Part shown: piece after piece, positions 54,808 through 64,000 of the stretch | Numbering within the stretch: the first letter of the stretch is position 1 | Layout of the letters: the number at the start of each line of letters is the position of its first letter | Assembly: GCF_001949145.1 (NCBI RefSeq) | Contig: NW_019091355.1 | Coordinates: 5,340,517-5,404,516, forward strand | DNA: 64,000 nucleotides | Direction: 5' to 3' | Source of the DNA: Acanthaster planci | Taxonomy: Eukaryota | Notes under the pieces: model-generated | The model's database searches: none | What the model was told of the DNA's origin: nothing | The model's input: only the letters and a program-made list of their open reading frames with translations | Program-made: the position numbers and the translations under genes

Positions 54808-55208
54808 CCCTAATAGAGCTGGGGCGGGGGAAGGATCCGTCCCCTCAACTTGTTGTCCTAGATTACCGCATTGCATTTTTTTTCACAAGCTGCATGAGCC
54901 TTCAGAAGCTTTTTTTTAGTAACTCTGTGCAGTCATTTTGACACCCTTTCTGTGAAAATCAAACATACCATTTTGTGCCGGTCAGCCAAAATGTACGTAT
55001 GTAAACGTTTCCACTGTCATGATCAATGCATGCCGGCTGGCAGGTGTGTGGCTTTCAATTTCAAATGACCTTAACAACAAAACTATATGGTTGAAACTTC
55101 ACATCTTTACATTCATGTCAGTCAAGTTTTTAAAAGAATGGGACAGCTGAGTTCTAATCCCCCCTCCCCCACTGTGACATGGTCAAAAATAACTCTGCTC
55201 ATTTAGGG
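54808..55208. mobile_element. piggyBac-like MITE (about 400 bp)
   Basis: TTAA at 54804-54807 and 55209-55212; TIRs ccctaatagagc / gctcatttaggg; subterminal G-run on the left and C-run on the right. Confidence 0.75.
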
Positions 55209-55633
55209 TTAATACCGGTACAACCATCAGATGGACTCTTTAAGCAGGCTATACTGTACATCTACGATTTAAACATCTGTCTGTCCCTTCCCAGACAAGT
55301 TGAAAAAAACTGCCTGTTCTCTCCCAGGGAAACTTTTGAAACTAACACCCCAGATACATGTACTATCCGAAGTCATATTTCCACTGCATCCAATCTTTTG
55401 GAAGGTACTGTGTCGACCTGTTTGCCAGTGTTAAAAGATTTATCTGAAGAGAGGGGACATGTAAATTTTAACAAGCAAAAACTGCCTGTCCAAATATGTT
55501 CCTCTTTGTTTCCTGGGCAGGTGGACAGGTGACTGTTTTCGGCAACACCAGAATCAGCCACTCTCGGCTGACGTCTTGCAGAATCCATCTTAACACTCCC
55601 GAGGCAAACCATGACATGTCTTGGCCATGCAGT

Positions 55634-55647
55634 GTTGCCATAACAAC
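55634..55647. promoter_or_regulatory. RFX X-box-like motif
   Basis: gttgccataacaac, identical to 48742-48755 but in unrelated flanks. Confidence 0.4.
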
Positions 55648-58210
55648 CGCGTCAAGGGCATCACTAACTGGCCCCTAGATCATGTGGATGCTAAATTGGT
55701 GAATGCAGGGGGGAGGAATGGAGCTGTACGCATCACACTATATTTGCGGTATCTGCAAATAAAACGTGCTCGTGTACGTTACGTGTTAATAAGGCAACGC
55801 GCAACCCCGCGAAAAAGGGAGTGACAGCTCGTTGGATAATTAAACACTTTGATTATGCTCCAATCCCCGGTAAGATTAGCACAGAAGTTGGAGATTACTT
55901 TCTGTTCAGATATGAGGGCATTGCTTTCTTCTCAACCATCTCCCTTCCAATTTAACTAAAGCTTTTGGTGTTTTTTTTTTCTTTTTGTTTGTCTGTTGGA
56001 CTGTTAGTGTGTGTGTTTCCAATAAGTCTTTAATGCCTATTGTGTGTGAGAGAACGACTAGGGAACATCATAAATGTCATTGAATGTGGTCCCTCTCTCC
56101 AAAGAAAATGAAAAAGCTTTGCAACAGTTTTGATGCACATGTACATTTCTGTGGGTTTATAGTTATTAATTTTGTGAGTAGGGTATGCAAACACTTTCAA
56201 TGTTTTACAGTCGATATGGACTGCATAGGACAAGTATCTACATGTGTACATAATACATGTACATGTATGTCCAGTTTTACATATCGTTCTGTATGTGTAC
56301 AGTACATGTGCTACTATACTACATGTACATGTATGTACATGTATGAACGTTGTATTTCAGTTGGGAGCTTTCCTTCATTTTACACACAGCTATAGGGTCA
56401 TTAAATACGGTCAATGTGTTTCCCCAAAAGAGATTATATCTGGCATTTATCAATTATTCAGCTCTTAAAATGGCGCGCATTTTTGTCACATTTCCAATGA
56501 AAAGACTACTGACAAACTGTCTGCCGTGAGGTTGGAGACCAGTGGGTGTTCAAAGTGGGCAAAGGGGAATACATGTAGGTCAAAGAGCACCAGACCAAGT
56601 TCCACTGTCCAGAGCTCTAGAGTCACTTCCGACAAATGAAACAATTGCCGTGGATTCTGCCAAACAAAACAAACATGGATGGCACTTACATGTACATATA
56701 TGTACATGTAGAGCCTAAACAATGATATATAAATCACACACTGACAGAATGAAGTCAATGAGCATCGTCTACCGGTAAATATTTTTGCAAAGGTACAATC
56801 TCATCAACTATAAAGCCCTTAAACCTTTTTTATTGATGACCATTACAGCCTGCAGACTGGGTGCATGTCACCTAGGAGCTGTGGCTCTGAAACAACATCT
56901 GACATACATGTACATGTACATTGTACATGGACATGTAGATTTTATGCAAGCCTGCTAGCTTGCCAAGGGAATATTGCAACTTTAGAAATTGTGACGTCAT
57001 TTCCAGCCAAAATCTGTTAAAGGCTGTTGCCTGGTTGGTGGATGTGAGATGACGAGGACATGTCAGTTGACCATGTTTAGATGTACATGCAGGTGGCCTC
57101 CATGTAAGGCATGTCCGCCAGTGATTTAGACCTGAGAAATATGGAGGAGACCTACTGGTACATGTACATGTGTTGATTTCAAATTTCATTTATTAATTTT
57201 GAAAGTAACAAGTGTTACCATCTACATGTAAATACATACAAGCAAATGTTTACAAAAGGTACATGTAGTTCGTGAACAAAGTACCATATCATATATACAT
57301 GTAAATACATGTATGCTGCTTAACACTAAGTAAAATTATCAAAGAATTTACAAAAATAAAGAAAGACAAAATGAGGACACGGACAAACCCACAAAAAAAT
57401 AAAAAGCAAATTACATGTAACCAAAAAACACTCTCAACATACAAGCAAATAACTGGATCAATCAAATATCATTCTGACAAAAGGCCTCCAGTCAAACTAT
57501 AGATACACATGCATACATGCACCGAACGTGCACCATCTTTTCCTTAAACGTCATAGAGTTTGCTACCAAGGCTCTCTTACTATTACTGGACAAACTAAGG
57601 AGGTCAAGAGGAGGCCCTCTTGCATACCGAAATTACGCAGGAAATGTGCAAAAATATCATCTACATGTACCGAGTAGACGTTCATCTGCAAGTGAGTGTC
57701 TTTTACACAGACCGACCAGTCAGGAAGCTTGCGTTGCAAGAGCCACAGGACGGAAACACTTGTAACAGTCAATGATACCAGCACCTTTCATATTTTTTCA
57801 GCAGCTAAAGAAAACTTGACTTTTTAAAACATCAGACCACAGAGGAACACAATCAGACAAAGCAACAAATGCAAGACTGCATTTCCCAAGCCAGATGACA
57901 GCTTGTGTGAATGTTTTTCCTGACATTTTCAATCATCGCGAAGTCAGGGTTACTCCATTTATCAAATGCTGTAGGTACATGTACATGTATGCAGCATTGG
58001 ACCTGTTTCACATGGATCTGGATCTCAATCAGTGATTCGTCGTTGTTTCACTGACACCAGAACCCGCTTAACAGATGGCCAGTGAGCCAGCAATTGGGAT
58101 CACTGATCGAGATTCAAACAGGCCTACTATAGCCCTCCCAGAGCCACATTTTCATCTGGAGAATTGAGAAATGAAGTCGTTCTTGTTTCCAAATGGTTGG
58201 CTGTTGTGCA

Positions 58211-58690
58211 TAGGGCTGAGTCCATTCAAATAATTCATTATTCGAATACTCAACCTTCAATTTGATCGAATATCCAAATATTCGGTAACACCGACCGGCA
58301 GATTGTTGATGAACCATATACAAAATTAGTTGCAATAACACACACAATTGTATATTATGATCAATATAATAGCTTCTCACATCTAGGAGTACATGTACCT
58401 CCAGCCAGGATTTAGCAAGATTGAAGAGATGAATAAGACTTATAGCCCTGTTGAAAATTTCTATTCCTTTTCAATTGTTTCATAAATAATTTACTTTTTA
58501 AATCATTGTAAGATTCTTGACGCTTTTCATTTAAATCTGCTTGAAACAAGCCAACACAGTGCAATTTTTGTCATTTAAAACAAAAGAAAATTTATGCTTC
58601 CTTTTCATGAAGTTTGCATATTCAAATTCGAAAAATAATATTTGAATATTCGACAATTGATCGAGTATGCGGATATTCGGCACAGCCATA
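58211..58690 (-). mobile_element. hAT-like MITE, copy 3 of 3
   Basis: Ends tagggctg...cagccata; aligns with 1384-1853 and, inverted, with 40812-41312; TSD not recognisable. Confidence 0.8.
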
Positions 58691-61600
58691 ACAACTGGGG
58701 TTGCACAACTGAAGCTGAAAATGAATGAATTTGTGCAAAACAAGCTTTCATAATTTCATGAGGTGACAATTGACATACACGTATTTGTTCCATTCCACTC
58801 GGCTTGACTTCATGGAATCAAACATTTCATCTGTCATCACATATATTCTTACCATTACAATCATAAACATTCATCATTTGCATATTATCCTAGTTTCTAA
58901 CACGTTTGCACCACTGCAGGTGACAGTGCACATGAAATGGAAAACTTTTTTACAGCTCTATTCATAAAAACTACAATCCAAAGCTTCTATTGCCCAAAAC
59001 TAACAACCATAAAAAGGTACTCCAAACATGTACTGTGTACACGTAAAAAGGTAATATGTGAATGCCTTCTGTTATTAAAATGTTTATGCACATGTATGAC
59101 CCCGATGTCATTATGGCAAAACGGAATCAGGAAATAGTTAGTGGCTGGGGTAGTCAAGATCTGGTCTTGCATTTCCTGGTAAAACAGAGTTTGCCGGATG
59201 AAACCATCGGCCGGCAGCCACACGCACTCCTGTGACCTTTTCAACCTTGTCAAATAAGTGTAGGATACAATGAAATAAACGTGAAGAAGTACATGAACAT
59301 CCTTTGACAGCTAGAGCTCTTGAAATGTTTACGGTTAAAATGGCTTCTTGTTTTTGTTTTCTTTTATTTCTTTGTTGTTTTTTCCTTTTTGTAGTCTTTT
59401 GTTCTTTTCTTCAACTGTGCAACATGGAATACCTTGTGGGCGAGGAAAGTTGAATAAGTTTGCCTTAAATTTATACACTGGGTTGGATATTAATCTCGGC
59501 CTTATGCAGTATCTAATATGAGCATCTTTACAACAGTTCTGACGTCTCCCAGAAATATGTGTACTATAATTTCAAGAATTACTGTAGGTACAATAAACAT
59601 TGGGGTGAAAGCAATTTGAACAATTCGGTTTTCCAGAAAACAAAATGTGTTACTGAAAACTGAAAGTGTAAATTAAAACATGTATACTGGTAAAGCGGAA
59701 AATACTCAACTGCTGATGACAACGGCAAATACTGATATCTACATGTAGATTCTACAATATAATGCAACAGTTCTTTCTGATTACTCCCATATATCAACAA
59801 GTGCATGCACATGCACAGTTACTGTAAACGGGACATGTACATGTTTGACATTTCTGGCATTTGGAACATGCCCATGTTTGGAACTGCCACTTAGAAATGT
59901 GTGGCTTTATTCAAAATGACTTTTCACCTCCTCTGTACATTAGTAGCAGTGAAAGGGTGAAATTTTGAGAGTTTGGGATTTTCTGCTAATATAGATTACC
60001 ACATTCACGGGCAAACTACCAGTAAGTGTGATGCTATTCAAAGCAGAGCAGGAGTGTCTCCATAGCTTTGTATACAGTAAACGTACATGTACAGGTCGAG
60101 TATCACACTGTTCTACATATCTTGGAATGGGTTCCCCTTTTACGCTTGGTTGCCATTTTTAACAGCTTGTTTGGACATAGTAATATTGGACAGTGACCAG
60201 TCTTTCTTCAGAACATTGTTGGTGGGTGATTTTGAAGGACTGATTTTAGTACTATTCTTTGGCTCAGTTGAGAGGGAATGCATTGTACATGTATTTTTGT
60301 CATCAAAATAGCACCCTTGTGCATACATTAAGGAAAGTACCGTATTTTCCACGAATGGAAACACCATCTTCTTTTCACTTTCAAGGAAAGCTAGTTTTTG
60401 GATCTTGTTTGTATTGTAATTGCATAGTGATATGCGTAAAAATACGTTAAATGAAATCTCCACTGCATATTTCCTTTAAAAAACATTGAACAAGAAACTT
60501 AAACACACTATCAACATCATTTTTTTGCCATAAAATTCATCACTCAAATGAAGACATTACAGAAACCTGTTGGGTAATGCTTTCGTAAAAGTCTGATCCA
60601 CTGTGTAATGTCAGCTCAGTCCACAAACACCTTTCAGGTTATTATTACTTATTTTATGGGCAATATTAGAGTTGCGTAAATAATTAATGACGCACGGTTG
60701 GATCACCTGGTGTTGATAAATTTATTACTAGATGTGCCGGCCGTCTGTAGCTCTGCAGACAGTTTTTCACCTGGCATTGCCATTTTTAGTCTGTGATTAT
60801 CACATTCATCACCTCAATGCTTTTACCGTTTCTGCATGTACCCAAGCATCCAGGTGTTCTACAGGTTAATGCTGGGTACTTCATAATACTGCTATTTTTC
60901 ATCTTGTCATTGATTCCAAGCATCACCTGCTGGTGTTACCGACATGAGCACGCACATGTGTTAAAGTTACATTGCCAGCCGTCTGGCTCCTTGCCAATTA
61001 CCGTATAGTTTTCTAATCGGTGGTGTCAGAACGCACAAGATTGACATCCCAAAGACCTCTCTCAGATCTCTGACACAACTTCCTGTAAGACTTCCAAAGG
61101 GATCTCCCAACGCAAAGGACCCAAACCGTTCTTTTTTCAGGTGGGGGAAGGAGACAAACAAGTTTGGAAATTTCTTTACATTGTATGTATTAAACCCTTT
61201 GAATGAAAGAGCAATGAAACTGTCCTCCCAAATTACATATGTCTCCTTACCCACGTACATTTTTAGAAACACTGTCAAGTGATTTACCACAACCACTGCT
61301 TAAAGTGCCCTGAAATGTGTTAGAAATCCCCTTCAGTGGCAGATGGTGAAGCAAATGGATTACTGTGGTTTAAATTCCATAATAAAGTTATAAAGTTTAA
61401 ATTCCATCACAGTCAATCTTAAATCGTTTTACATAATGCTCCAAAATGAGGTCGAGTTACCCATCAAAAATGATGAGTCTTGCCAAATGAGTTACTTTTC
61501 TCAGTGAAAAAAGAAGAACAGAAGAGGGATTCAAATGCTACAAATGTATGTTCCCCTGGTCTTTTTCTCTGGTAGATGACCATGGCTGAGGGGAAGAATT

Positions 61601-64000
61601 ACAAAACTCAAACTCAACTAAAACTCCCTGAGCAATTCACAATACACTGCGCCACAAAGAGGTTGTCAAGGAGGGACAAAAATGGCAGAGTGTGATTTTC
61701 ATTTGAGCAAACGTTATAAGGTATTCTCTGCGGAAAAAAAAATATCAGCATCCACAACACTCCACAACAAAGAGCCTAAATGTACTAACTTCTCAAGAAA
61801 TCTTGAGTTTTAGCACATCTACATCTACATGTAAAGTACAATGTAAGTTGCCATGTTTCTACTGTACTGTTGAACTTTTTGGTTAACCTCTCAGCACACC
61901 ACGAAACACATGGACACCTCCGACATGAAAGCCACAGCTCTCATTAGTGAAATGCCCACATCTTCATCCCCGTCTTGATCCTCCAAACTCTTCTTTTGAA
62001 GTCTCCGTCCTCATCATCCTTATTACGGTCCCAAAGAGGCCACCGGGTTGAGCAATATTAGAAGGTGCAAATCCCTGGATGTTTTTTCAAATAATGTACA
62101 GCTTCCACTAATGCATGCTTCAATTTCATGCACGAATTCATTTGCTTAAAAAAAACAATCCCATGGTGCACTGCCTGATTTTGTACACATGCACAAAGAC
62201 TGTGGTCAACATTGAAAATAAATGTTTAGAAAAAGTAGCACGTAGTCAGTTTCCCTATATAGTTTGTTTTAACATTTAAAATTATGTAGAAACTTTACTT
62301 CTCTGTTGCTACAGTAGTTGTTCAGTTTTACATGATATATTGGTAAATAGTTCTACCTCAAACAACAAATTCTTAAAAAGAATGACTCTATTTTTTTCCA
62401 TCAATTTGTGGAATTCATCAATTGTCCTTTTGTTGAAATATTCAGGATTCAGAGCTAAAAATTGCATTACATGTAAAATAGAATGCAATCATTTCTTGTT
62501 CCATAATCTGAGGATGAATACATGTATGAAAGTGCATAAAACTCAAGCAATGCTGTCTGCATTATTTTAAACCTCCCAACAGCTAGTGAACGTTGGATTT
62601 TCTTACCCGAAGAAGCTGCTGGGGAAGGGTCTTTGCAACCTTGCAATTGCGCTTTGGCCCCAACCAAGCACGACGCATTAATACCCGGTACATGTACGTC
62701 AACTGCGGATATGAAAAAAGACTTCTTACACAAGCGTACATGTACATGTATTCATGAGCGTCATTCATAATTGCAAAAGTGCAGCTTTAAATCCTGCAAT
62801 CAATCTTAGGATCATGAACTTCCAACCAAATCAAACTGACAAAGCACACTGCGCAACATCCGATGTTTGTTTCATGAAAAATGCTCTAGCATCATACAAG
62901 TAACATATGGCTATCAAAAATAATACTTTGATCCATATTTATTGACTCTGTGCAGGAGAACGCCATCCGCACAACGGAGTAGGTTACAAATTCCACAATT
63001 AACATGGTACATAAGTACAGCATGCACACATTCATACTATAAAAGTTGTTACTCTGTTGTACTCTTGTACTATCAAAGTGCACATGTGCTTGAGTGAATT
63101 TTACGCGTGTACCGGTACTACTACAAATTATTCAATAGTTAAATGTGCTTTGCCAGACAGTCCAAGAGTGCAGATTACACATTTGTTTATATAAATTCTA
63201 AAATATCTGCAAAGATTATGCATTTGAACTGAGAAAGGATGCCTTCAGCAATGTTCAGACTTAAGTCACACGTATGTACAGTGTATAATTTATTTGATTA
63301 CGACACTTACATTGTATTTCATGGCACCCGTGGGATCTAGCTAAGTTACTCGTTAATATTTCAAATTTAGCAAGGAACAAATTAATAATGTAATCTAGCG
63401 GTATATTTGTTGATGGCAGACCATAAAATGGATTTCCTAAATCTACACTACCAGGCCATTCCATATCAAATCACGCTACAGCAAAGGTTCATGTTTTAGA
63501 GATCAGACATTTACATATGTTGTACCATGAATTGCCATTCGGACATTTCCTGTACAAACCAATGGGAATGTCCAATGTCAAAGAGTAAAAATGAAATTGT
63601 TGTAATATCTCGGTTTTTATTGCCACAAAGGAGATGGAAAGCCATAGCAACTTTGCAAGACAGCTTTCCTACCTGTCATTCAAGTTACAAAACTCCCATT
63701 TCATGTCTCCTTTGACTATGGTAATCTGTTGCACGCGCGAACATAATTATTGGTGTCACATGAACATACTTTATTTCATAAACTTAAAATAGCACAGAAT
63801 CTACATACATGTACCAGTATATACATGTACATGAACTGTACATAATCTGAATTTGGGACTTTTTGTTGCTTTTGCAGATTTATTCTCAGGACGCATCTGT
63901 CAACAGCAAAAGAAGTAGTGCTTTATATGGGTCATTCCATGAAGTTGGGGCACAATTTGTCATGGTGTCAGTTGTTACATGGGTTCTGTAAAAATGAAAA

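Noticed and set aside
55680..55752. Possible minus-strand terminal exon (YRKYSVMRTAPFLPPAFTNLAST*)
   Set aside because: Good acceptor, but short, unrecognised and without upstream exons in the window.
61900..62060. Acidic coding-like fragment on the minus strand (DRNKDDEDGD / EDQDGDEDVG)
   Set aside because: Short, frameshifted and low complexity; cannot be assigned.

Overview
Eukaryotic animal genomic DNA, most likely an echinoderm: the embedded 18S fragment carries echinoderm-like motifs, and TACATGTA is abundant throughout. The window is AT-rich, looks CpG-poor, and has three N gaps. I could not assemble any intact protein-coding gene; the ORF track is mostly noise, so this is probably a large intron or intergenic regulatory region. 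Supported content: (1) a decayed 441-bp 18S rRNA fragment; (2) many non-autonomous DNA transposons (hAT-like with 8-bp TSD, TTAA-flanked piggyBac-like elements, other MITEs), tRNA-derived SINE heads, and CR1/L2-type LINE relics, including about 1.6 kb of eroded ORF2; (3) tandem and palindromic repeats; (4) a probable fossil minus-strand gene at about 19.2-23.3 kb with LRR-like repeats, a spliced pseudo-exon and a death-domain-like segment; (5) an apparent excess of near-consensus RFX X-box motifs. No prokaryote-type system such as CRISPR is present. All family and domain calls were made by eye and need HMM or Dfam confirmation.
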